From contig NZ_JAHOPH010000006.1 in assembly GCF_019798055.1 (NCBI RefSeq), positions 133,097-165,096 on the forward strand: a stretch of 32,000 nucleotides of DNA, written 5' to 3'. The position numbers were made by a program, and so were the translations under genes. This document shows, piece by piece, positions 25,755 through 32,000 of this stretch. The number at the start of each line of letters is the position of its first letter. Positions within the stretch are counted from its first letter, which is position 1. The notes under the pieces are model-generated. The model saw only the letters and a list, made by a program, of their open reading frames with translations, ran no database searches and was not told the DNA's origin. Origin of the DNA: Salsipaludibacter albus. GTDB lineage: Bacteria; Actinomycetota; Nitriliruptoria; Nitriliruptorales; Nitriliruptoraceae.

Positions 25755-26633
25755 TCAGAAGCGGACGTTGCGGAGGTACTCGAACGCCGTCTCGGCGAAC
25801 TCGATCTGGTCCGCAGGCTGGTCGTTCTCGGCGATGTACTCGATCACGCCGGACTCCTGGCGCGCGGCGAAGATCCGCGGGAAGTCGATCGTGCCCTCGC
25901 CCGGGTCGGCGAAGAAGCCACTCTCGTCCCGGTCCTTGACGTGGAACTGCAGGAAGCGGCCCGGGTCACGGCTGAAGACCTCGACCGGGTCTGCACCCCC
26001 CGTGACGACCCAGTACAGGTCCGCCTGCATGTGGCCGGTGAACTCCTCCAACAGCACGTCGTAGGCCTGGACACCGTCCTCCTCGACCTGGAACTCCGTC
26101 GCGTGGTTGTGGTAGCCGTACTTGACCCCGGCGTCGGTCATGGCCGCGGCGACCGGGTTGAGCACGTCCACGGCGAGGGCGCGCCACTCGTCGAGGGTGC
26201 CGTAGCTGGCGAAGGGGAAGTTGGTGTAGGTGGAGCCCATGGCCAGGGCGGCCTCGACCACGGCCTGCGGGTTCCGGCCACCGTTGTGGAGGCTGGTCGC
26301 GGTCAGCCCCGCGTCGTCCAGGACGCTGCGGAAGCCCTCCCAGCCCAGGCCGTGGTTGCTGTAGGGCTCGACCTTGCGGTAGCCGATGTCGAACAGGGTC
26401 TCCATGACGGCGGCGACGCCGGCGGCGTTCCCGTTCGGGATGATGCCACGCAGGCTGTACAGCTGGATCGAGATGTTGCCGCGCGGGACCGGTCGCCTGC
26501 CGGTCGGGCCCCTGCCACTGCCGGGTGCGGCGCTGGCGAGGGTGGCGTTGCCGGCCGCGGTCAGGCCCAGTGCGGCGATGGTGGCGTTGCGCAGGAACCG
26601 GCGTCGGTTCATGTTCGTGGCTGAGTGCTCCAT
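25755..26633 (-). CDS. Tat-signal sugar phosphate isomerase/epimerase (xylose-isomerase-like TIM barrel)
   Basis: GAGGAG lies upstream of ATG 26633. Twin-arginine signal NRRRFLRNATIAALGLTAAGNATLASA. TIM-barrel motifs ISIQLYSLR, YHNHATEF, DLYWV and FHVKD. Confidence 0.85.
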   Translation of the reverse strand: MEHSATNMNRRRFLRNATIAALGLTAAGNATLASAAPGSGRGPTGRRPVPRGNISIQLYSLRGIIPNGNAAGVAAVMETLFDIGYRKVEPYSNHGLGWEGFRSVLDDAGLTATSLHNGGRNPQAVVEAALAMGSTYTNFPFASYGTLDEWRALAVDVLNPVAAAMTDAGVKYGYHNHATEFQVEEDGVQAYDVLLEEFTGHMQADLYWVVTGGADPVEVFSRDPGRFLQFHVKDRDESGFFADPGEGTIDFPRIFAARQESGVIEYIAENDQPADQIEFAETAFEYLRNVRF

Positions 26634-26683
26634 GGTGTCGATCTCTCCTCGGCTGAGAACGGAACGGTTCCTCCCGCCCCGAA

Positions 26684-26703
26684 GCCACGTCGGCCGACGT
26701 GGC
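26684..26703. promoter_or_regulatory. Perfect 20-nt palindrome in the 5' leader of the isomerase gene
   Basis: GCCACGTCGGCCGACGTGGC is its own reverse complement. It lies about 50 nt upstream of the ATG and downstream of the predicted promoter. It could be an RNA hairpin or a dimeric-regulator operator. Confidence 0.35.
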
Positions 26704-26796
26704 GACGCACCGCACGCGCGGGTGCCGAGTCTCGGTCGGATCTGCACGGGCCGGGCCGTGACGGGGGAGTCCGCGTTCGCGTGGTCGTCGTCCACG

Positions 26797-26826
26797 ATCG
26801 TAGGGCGGTCGTCCGCCTTCGGTCAA
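26797..26826 (-). promoter_or_regulatory. Candidate sigma-70-type promoter for the isomerase gene (TTGACC-18 nt-TACGAT)
   Basis: The minus strand reads TTGACCgaaggcggacgaccgcccTACGAT. This implies a ~155-nt leader to ATG 26633. Confidence 0.4.
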
Positions 26827-26840
26827 TGAACGAACGGAAG

Positions 26841-26874
26841 TGTGCGCCGACCGAAACGTATGTGCGCGGAAACG
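26841..26874. repeat. Direct repeat TGTGCGC...(C/G)GAAACG x2, 20 nt apart, just upstream of the candidate -35
   Basis: TGTGCGC at 26841-26847 and 26861-26867, each followed by a GAAACG element (26853-26858 and 26869-26874). This is a locally AT-richer patch. Confidence 0.3.
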
Positions 26875-26990
26875 AGGTCGTGCCACCCCATCCCGTGTCG
26901 ACCGGTGCACCATCCGCCCCCCTCGCACGGTGCGGGCGGCGATCCTCCAGGACACCGCGCAGGTTCGTCGCGCCTGGTCCACGCAGCCGC

Positions 26991-27020
26991 CTTGGTGGCC
27001 GGTTCGCCCGTGCGATATCG
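26991..27020 (+). promoter_or_regulatory. Candidate promoter for fmdB-SAF (TTGGTG-18 nt-TATCGT)
   Basis: A -35-like TTGGTG (26991-26996) and a TAnnnT hexamer TATCGT (27015-27020). This would give a ~145-nt leader. Confidence 0.25.
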
Positions 27021-27169
27021 TTTCGACGTCCTGCCGTGCTCGTCGAGAATCCGGCTCGAGGCGACCCTCGGCCCCGCTCGACACCCGTCCGCTGGCGGCG
27101 CCGCGCTCGCGGCCACCAGCCGTGCACCGTGCCAGGAGCACCTGTCCGAGCGCCATCGGAGGCCCGTCC

Positions 27170-27520
27170 ATGCCCACCTACGAGTACGCCTGCAAGGACT
27201 GCGGCGAGCACCTCGACGTGGTCCAGTCGTTCCACGACGACCCGTTGACGGACTGCCCGAACTGCGGTGGCTCCCTGCGGAAGGTGTTCTCCGCGGCCGG
27301 GATCATCTTCAAGGGCTCGGGCTGGCACGTGAAGGACTACGCCAACACCGGCTCCGGATCGTCGGGCAACGGCTCCTCGACGGGAGGCTCGTCCTCCGAC
27401 GGGGACACGACCACGTCGGAGACGTCCACCTCGTCGTCGGACTCCTCGTCGAAGAAGGAGTCCGGGACGTCGTCCGGGTCCTCGACGTCCGACTCGGGCA
27501 GCAAGGCCGACTCGGACTGA
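27170..27520 (+). CDS. FmdB-family zinc-ribbon protein with a Ser/Thr/Gly-rich tail (Rv0991c/Ruc-like)
   Basis: GGAGG lies 7 nt upstream. MPTYEYACKDCGEHLDVVQSFHDDPLTDCPNCGGSLRKVF is the FmdB CxxC...CxxC signature. The C-terminal ~70 aa are low-complexity and Ser-rich. Confidence 0.85.
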   Translation: MPTYEYACKDCGEHLDVVQSFHDDPLTDCPNCGGSLRKVFSAAGIIFKGSGWHVKDYANTGSGSSGNGSSTGGSSSDGDTTTSETSTSSSDSSSKKESGTSSGSSTSDSGSKADSD

Positions 27521-27602
27521 CGGCGATCCCCCCGACCCGGTCGTCCACAGCAGGGTCGATGACCTGCCCGGCCGGTCCCGACCGCTGGTCCGCTGCCGTG
27601 GC

Positions 27603-28310
27603 ATGGCCACGAACCGCTCGTCCTCCCCTCCCGCGACCGACGACGCCGGTCCACGCATCGGCGTGGGTGCGGACCGGATCCTGCACCCGCTGCGGACCCG
27701 TTCCCTCCACCTCGGGTCGCTCCTGCGCGGACCGCTGCCACGTCTTCCCGCAGCGCTGGACCGGGTGGCGGAGGGCTGGTGGCGGCTGCCGCCCCGTGCT
27801 CGCCCGGTCGCCGTCCTGGTCGCCGTGGTACTCGTCCTGTCCGGGCTGGTGGGCAGGGCCCGCACGTCACCGTGGGGTCCACCGGTGCGGGTCCTCGTCG
27901 CCGCGGGCGACCTGTCCGACGGCGACGAGGTCCGTGCCGTGGCGACGACCTGGCCGCGCGACCTCGTCCCGTCGGACCACCTCGCCACGACGCCCGACGG
28001 CGTCGCCACGCGTCCCGTGCGTGCCGGGGAGGTGCTCACCGAGACCCACGTGGCCGCCACCCGCTCGGACCTGCTCGCGCCCGACGAGGTGGCGCTGGCG
28101 GTCGACCGGGAGCTCGGGCTGCCGCCCGGCGCACCGGTCGACGTGCTGGGGACCGACTTCGACGGGCGTGGCCGCCTGCTCGGCCACGGACGACTGCTGG
28201 CCGTGGACGAGGCACGCAGCTGGATCGCGGTGTCGCGAGCAGCCGCCCCCGCGATGGCCGCTGGCCTGGCGTCCGGGCAGGTGACCATCGCACTGGCCCG
28301 TGGCGAGTAG
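27603..28310 (+). CDS. SAF-domain membrane-anchored protein
   Basis: One TM helix (VAVLVAVVLVLSGLV), then a SAF-like beta-clip pattern (VRVLVAAGDLSDGDEV...RPVRAGEVLTETHV). It lies downstream of fmdB, as in other actinobacteria. The start is uncertain because no SD sequence precedes 27603. Confidence 0.65.
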   Translation: MATNRSSSPPATDDAGPRIGVGADRILHPLRTRSLHLGSLLRGPLPRLPAALDRVAEGWWRLPPRARPVAVLVAVVLVLSGLVGRARTSPWGPPVRVLVAAGDLSDGDEVRAVATTWPRDLVPSDHLATTPDGVATRPVRAGEVLTETHVAATRSDLLAPDEVALAVDRELGLPPGAPVDVLGTDFDGRGRLLGHGRLLAVDEARSWIAVSRAAAPAMAAGLASGQVTIALARGE

Positions 28311-28409
28311 CGTCCGGGGCGATCGCGTCCCGTGCTCGCCCCGACGCGACCCAGCCCAACACGCACACCCGCCCGCACCCCAGACCGCACGCCACACCAG
28401 GACCCGTCC

Positions 28410-29231
28410 ATGCTTTCTGCGATCCTGCTCGGGATCATCCAGGGACTGACCGAGTTCCTCCCGGTGTCGTCGTCCGGGCACCTGCAGATCATCCCGTACC
28501 TGTTCGGTCTCGAGCCGGGACCGCTCGCCTTCGACGTGGCCGTGCACGTCGGCACGCTGCTGGCCGTGGTGGCCTACTTCTGGGTCGACCTGTGGGAGTT
28601 GGGTGTCGGGGCCCTCGGGCTCGGCGAGCGCACCCCCGAGCGGGTCCGCCGCGCCCGGCTCGAGCTCGGCCTGCTGGCGGTGGCATCGGTCCCGGCGGCC
28701 GTCGTGGGGTGGGCGCTGTCGAGCACCTTCGAGGAGCGCTTCGGCGACCCACGACTGGCAGCCGTCATGCTGTTCGTGACGGCCGGCCTGCTGCTGGGGG
28801 CCGAGCGGCTCTACGCCCGGCGCTCGGCGACCGGCAGGGTGGCCTCCAACGGCCGGGACGCCATCACCATGGGTCTGGCGCAGTCGTTGGCGATCATCCC
28901 GGGGATCTCGCGCTCCGGTGCCACCATCGCCGCCGGCATGGCCACCGGCCTGACCCGCGCCGCGGCCGCGCGCTTCTCGTTCCTGATGTCCATCCCGGTC
29001 ATCCTCGGGGCGTTCGTGCTCGAACTGCCCGAGCTCAGCGAAGGCGCGCTCGCGGGGACCGGCTACACCCCCGCCGACGTCGTCGCGGGCACCGTCGCGG
29101 CCGCGATCTCCGGCTACGTCGCCGTGCGGTTCCTGATGCGGCTCGTCACCAACGACACCCTCCGGGGATTCGCCTGGTACGTCATCGCACTGGGGACGAT
29201 CACGCTCCTGGCCAGCCCGTTCATCCAATGA
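28410..29231 (+). CDS. uppP: Undecaprenyl-diphosphate phosphatase
   Basis: AGGA lies 7 nt upstream of ATG 28410. GIIQGLTEFLPVSSSGHL and PGISRSGATI are the BacA/UppP motifs. 8 TM helices. Confidence 0.9.
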   Translation: MLSAILLGIIQGLTEFLPVSSSGHLQIIPYLFGLEPGPLAFDVAVHVGTLLAVVAYFWVDLWELGVGALGLGERTPERVRRARLELGLLAVASVPAAVVGWALSSTFEERFGDPRLAAVMLFVTAGLLLGAERLYARRSATGRVASNGRDAITMGLAQSLAIIPGISRSGATIAAGMATGLTRAAAARFSFLMSIPVILGAFVLELPELSEGALAGTGYTPADVVAGTVAAAISGYVAVRFLMRLVTNDTLRGFAWYVIALGTITLLASPFIQ

Positions 29232-29253
29232 CGACGCAAGCCCCCGTCTCGGG

Positions 29254-29829
29254 TCACGCCGACAGGCGCTGGCGTGCCCGGCCACTGCGCGTGCCCACCG
29301 GGACGCGCCCCGCGGCGGCCGCCATCCCGAACAACGGCATGTTGACGTAGATGCCCTCGTAGTCCCCCGGCTCCACGACGTAGGTCTCGTGCCAGATCCC
29401 GACGTCGTCGCGGTCCGCGAGCTCGCGGTTGAAGCGTCGCCACGCCTCCAGGTGCGGATTGTCGCGATCGGCGGCGAAGGCCATCAACGCCTGCGGGGAC
29501 TCCCAGTACTGCAGCGACAGCGAGGTGCGGCCACGGGTGAACTGCTCCACGTGGCGCAGCCCGAGCTCGGGCACGTCGGCCAGCGCGGCCAGCATCGCCG
29601 GCATCGCCTTCGTCACCCACCACCATCGCCGCGGGTTCCACGGTCGGTTGACCCGCATGCCGATCAGGAACACGGCCATGGGCTCGCGGAGCTCGGCCGT
29701 GTGCCGGCCCGGCTCGACCGTCGTGTGCCACCAGGCGGCCGGCCCTCGGCCCGGTTCGCGGTCGGGGTCGCGGTGGGGGCCCGGGGTCGGATCGGTCGGC
29801 GCAGGGCTCGGGGTGTCGCGATGGACCAT
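29254..29829 (-). CDS. DUF4188-family protein (monooxygenase-like)
   Basis: GGAGGAAGG lies upstream. VFLIGMRVNRPW...LQYWESPQALMAFA...HLEAWRRFN...VGIWHETYVV...YEGIYVNMPLFG matches my recollection of DUF4188. It has a Pro-rich N-terminal extension of ~45 aa. Confidence 0.75.
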   Translation of the reverse strand: MVHRDTPSPAPTDPTPGPHRDPDREPGRGPAAWWHTTVEPGRHTAELREPMAVFLIGMRVNRPWNPRRWWWVTKAMPAMLAALADVPELGLRHVEQFTRGRTSLSLQYWESPQALMAFAADRDNPHLEAWRRFNRELADRDDVGIWHETYVVEPGDYEGIYVNMPLFGMAAAAGRVPVGTRSGRARQRLSA

Positions 29830-29889
29830 GTCGGGAACCTTCCTCCATGTTCGGGCCTGCCCGCCGGACGGGGGCTACGCTGGTTTCCG

Positions 29890-29912
29890 AACGTTGTTAT
29901 CAAACAGTGTTA
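29890..29912. promoter_or_regulatory. Direct repeat AAC-N2-TGTTA x2 in an AT-rich patch; candidate TetR operator
   Basis: AACGTTGTTA (29890-29899) and AACAGTGTTA (29903-29912) lie in the divergent DUF4188 / TetR intergenic region, flanked by the imperfect inverted repeat GGTTTCCGAAC...GTTACAGAACC. Confidence 0.3.
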
Positions 29913-29936
29913 CAGAACCCCCGGGAGGTTGTCAAC

Positions 29937-30524
29937 ATGGCCCGACCCCGCGTCCACGACGACACGACCCGCGAGCGACTGCTCGACACGGCCGGGACCA
30001 TCCTGCGACGCGACGGCGCGACGGCCCTGACCGTGCGACGGCTCGCGGACGACGCGGGCGTGTCCACCAGTGCGATCTACAGCCTGTTCGGGGGCAAGGA
30101 GGACGTGGTCCGAGCCATGTACCGGGAGGGTTTCGCCAACCTGGCGCGTCTGCAGGCCGCCGTCGAGACCGATGATCCCGCGACCCGACTCCATCGCCAC
30201 GCGCTGGCCTACCGCGAGGCCGCCCGCAGCCGACCCCACCTGTTCGACGTGATGTTCGCCTGCCCGTTCCCCGAGTTCGAGCCCAGCGACAGCGACCAGG
30301 CCCTGAGCATGGGCACGCTCGAGGCCCTGCAGGACGCCGTGGTCGAGGGAATCCGCACGGGCGTCGTCGCCGGAGACCCGGCCGTGGTCACCATGGCGCT
30401 GTGGAGCACCGTCCACGGCCTGGCCACGCTCGAACTGGCCGGGAGCCTGGACGTCGCCACCGACGCCGACGAGGTGTGGGCGACGACGATCGACGCGGTG
30501 CTGGCGGGCCTGGCACCCGCCTGA
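29937..30524 (+). CDS. TetR/AcrR-family transcriptional regulator
   Basis: GGAGG lies 8 nt upstream of ATG 29937. HTH: LTVRRLADDAGVSTSAIYSLFGGKEDV. The C-terminal WSTVHGLATLELAG is WHG-type. Confidence 0.85.
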   Translation: MARPRVHDDTTRERLLDTAGTILRRDGATALTVRRLADDAGVSTSAIYSLFGGKEDVVRAMYREGFANLARLQAAVETDDPATRLHRHALAYREAARSRPHLFDVMFACPFPEFEPSDSDQALSMGTLEALQDAVVEGIRTGVVAGDPAVVTMALWSTVHGLATLELAGSLDVATDADEVWATTIDAVLAGLAPA

Positions 30525-30535
30525 GGCCCGACGTC

Positions 30536-31966
30536 TCAGGCGGCCTCGTCGAGCGCCTGCCACAACCGGTCGACGTCCTCCTGCTGGGTCCACGTCGCGC
30601 CCAGCGAGATCCGCAGGAAGCGCTGGCCGTCCAGCTCCGACGCGGTCAGGCCCAGGTCGGTGTGCGCCGTCATCGTGTCCAGGAAGACCGTGTTGCGCCG
30701 CGGATCGGCGTGCCGGACGCTCACCAGTGCGAACGGGGTGGGCGCGACCAGGGTGAACCGGTGGTCGGCCTCCAGGCGCTCCGTGAGTCCACGCGCCCAG
30801 GCCAGGTGCTCGCGGATGCGCGCCCGCAGGCCGTCGGTCCCGAAGGACCGCAGGACCCACCACAGCTTGAGCGCCCGGAACCGCCGACCCAGCGGCACGT
30901 GCCAGTCGCGGTAGTCCACGACCTCCCCGGACTCCGACGCCGTGTTGCGCAGGTATGGCGGCACGATCGACAGGGTGTCGACCAGCGGGGCCCGGTCCGC
31001 CACCCAGAACAGCGAGCAGTCGAAGTTCGTGAACAGCCACTTGTGCGCGTTGGTGACGTAGGAGTCTGCCAGTTCCAGGCCGTCCTGGAGATGGCGCAGT
31101 TCGGGGCACAGCATCGCCGTGCCCGCATAGGCCGCGTCGACGTGGTGCCACAGGCCGTGGTCGCGGGCGATCTCGCCGATGCGCCGGACCGGGTCGACCG
31201 CGGTGGTCCCGGTCGTGCCCACCGCCGAGCACACGAACATCGGCACGAGCCCGTCCGCCCGGTCGGCCGCGACGGCCGCGGACAGGTCGACCGGGTCCAT
31301 GGCGTGGGCGTCGTCGGTACTGACCAGGCGCACGTGGCCGATGCCGGCGACCCGGGCACCCTTCTCGATCGACGAGTGGGCCTGCTCCGAGGCGTAGACG
31401 ACGCAGTCCTCCGCTGCCGCACCCGCGATCGTCGCCCGGGTGCGCGCAACCACAAGGGCCGTGTGGGTCGCGTCCGAGGCCGACATCTGGATGACCCCAC
31501 CGCCGGGCCCCGTGTCGACCCGCCACGACGACGGCAGCCCGAGCTCGTCGACCAGCCAGTCGAGCACGGTCGACTCGACCTCGGTGGCGGCCGGCGACGT
31601 CGACCACAGCATGCCCTGCACGCCCAGTCCCGCCGACACCAGTTCACCGAGCACGGACGGCGGGGACGAGTTGGCCGGGAAGTAGGCCATCCAGCCCGGA
31701 TGCTGCCAATGGGTCAGGCCCGGGACGACGATCTCGTCCAGGTCGGCCAGCATGTCCGCGAACGGCTCGGGTCGGCGTGGCGCACGGGCCGGGAGGGCCC
31801 GGCGGACGTCACCGGGCGCGACCGGCGACCACACGGGCCGGTCCCGGAGCGTGGCGAGGTAGTCGGCGACCCAGTCCACCGCCGCGTGGCCGTTGCGGCG
31901 GAAGGCGTCGAGGTCCATCGGGTCGTCGGGCGCCTCGTCGGGCGCGTCGTCGTGCGACGTGGTCAT
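30536..31966 (-). CDS. Group II pyridoxal-dependent (aromatic-L-amino-acid-type) decarboxylase
   Basis: GGAGG lies 4 nt upstream. HWQHPGWMAYFPANSS, the GGGVIQMSASDATH-type region, and the NAHKW PLP-lysine motif (SYVTNAHKWLFTNFDCSLFWV). 476 aa. Confidence 0.9.
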   Translation of the reverse strand: MTTSHDDAPDEAPDDPMDLDAFRRNGHAAVDWVADYLATLRDRPVWSPVAPGDVRRALPARAPRRPEPFADMLADLDEIVVPGLTHWQHPGWMAYFPANSSPPSVLGELVSAGLGVQGMLWSTSPAATEVESTVLDWLVDELGLPSSWRVDTGPGGGVIQMSASDATHTALVVARTRATIAGAAAEDCVVYASEQAHSSIEKGARVAGIGHVRLVSTDDAHAMDPVDLSAAVAADRADGLVPMFVCSAVGTTGTTAVDPVRRIGEIARDHGLWHHVDAAYAGTAMLCPELRHLQDGLELADSYVTNAHKWLFTNFDCSLFWVADRAPLVDTLSIVPPYLRNTASESGEVVDYRDWHVPLGRRFRALKLWWVLRSFGTDGLRARIREHLAWARGLTERLEADHRFTLVAPTPFALVSVRHADPRRNTVFLDTMTAHTDLGLTASELDGQRFLRISLGATWTQQEDVDRLWQALDEAA

Positions 31967-32000
31967 CGGTCCTCCGTTCCCGACGTCGAGGATCCTCGGC

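Noticed and set aside
26880-27169. CIRCE (HrcA) or HAIR (HspR) heat-shock operators upstream of the fmdB/ruc-like gene
   Set aside because: I recall the mycobacterial orthologue being heat-shock regulated. I found no GCACTC-N9-GAGTGC or CTTGAGT-N7-ACTCAAG-like element in this region.
1-32000. CRISPR arrays, toxin-antitoxin pairs, restriction-modification or other defence systems, IS elements and prophage genes
   Set aside because: I saw no regularly spaced repeats, no nuclease, methylase, ATPase or defence-type domains, and no transposase motifs in any convincing ORF. The only tandem repeat is the Pro-rich coding-type repeat at 11756-11962.

Overview
This is a very high-G+C (about 70% by eye, not computed) actinobacterial-type chromosomal segment, tightly packed with about 36 protein genes and one tRNA-Ala(CGC). 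I see no transposase, integrase, phage gene, CRISPR array or recognisable defence gene, so it reads as core chromosome rather than an accessory island. Contents, left to right:
- livM-like permease (5' end cut by the window edge) and a lipoprotein solute-binding protein
- a KhtT-like regulator plus CPA2 K+/H+ antiporter operon
- alpha/beta hydrolase and TetR, followed by a three-gene sulfur-trafficking module (SQR-like flavoprotein, single-Cys TusE/DsrC, DsrE-like)
- MaoC dehydratase
- HAD-IIA hydrolase, asparaginase-II family protein and a membrane protein
- a zinc-ribbon membrane protein translationally coupled to a 966-aa YdiJ-like FAD/Fe-S oxidoreductase, followed by a Pro-rich tandem-repeat ORF
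- two adjacent acyl-CoA dehydrogenases
- DoxX, YbaK, EamA and an SDR
- tRNA-Ala
- a conserved actinobacterial block (SAF, FmdB, MTHFS, GalU, MoeA-like, membrane protein) that matches, from memory, the mycobacterial Rv0990c-Rv0996 / corynebacterial Glp-GlpR neighbourhood. Here it carries moaC fused in by a GTGA overlap and is interrupted by a Tat-signal sugar-phosphate isomerase gene plus a ~0.5 kb non-coding spacer.
- UppP
- DUF4188, TetR and a group II PLP decarboxylase
Many long ORFs in the track are antisense artefacts of the G+C content. No single compelling novel system is evident. The best candidates for follow-up are the sulfur-relay module, the zinc-ribbon/YdiJ-like pair with its Pro-rich ORF, the MoeA(Glp-like)-MoaC-membrane protein arrangement, and several discrete palindromic or direct-repeat operator candidates. 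Gene starts were re-picked by hand from Shine-Dalgarno (SD) sequences and start/stop overlaps. All homology statements rest on recognised motifs, not on searches.
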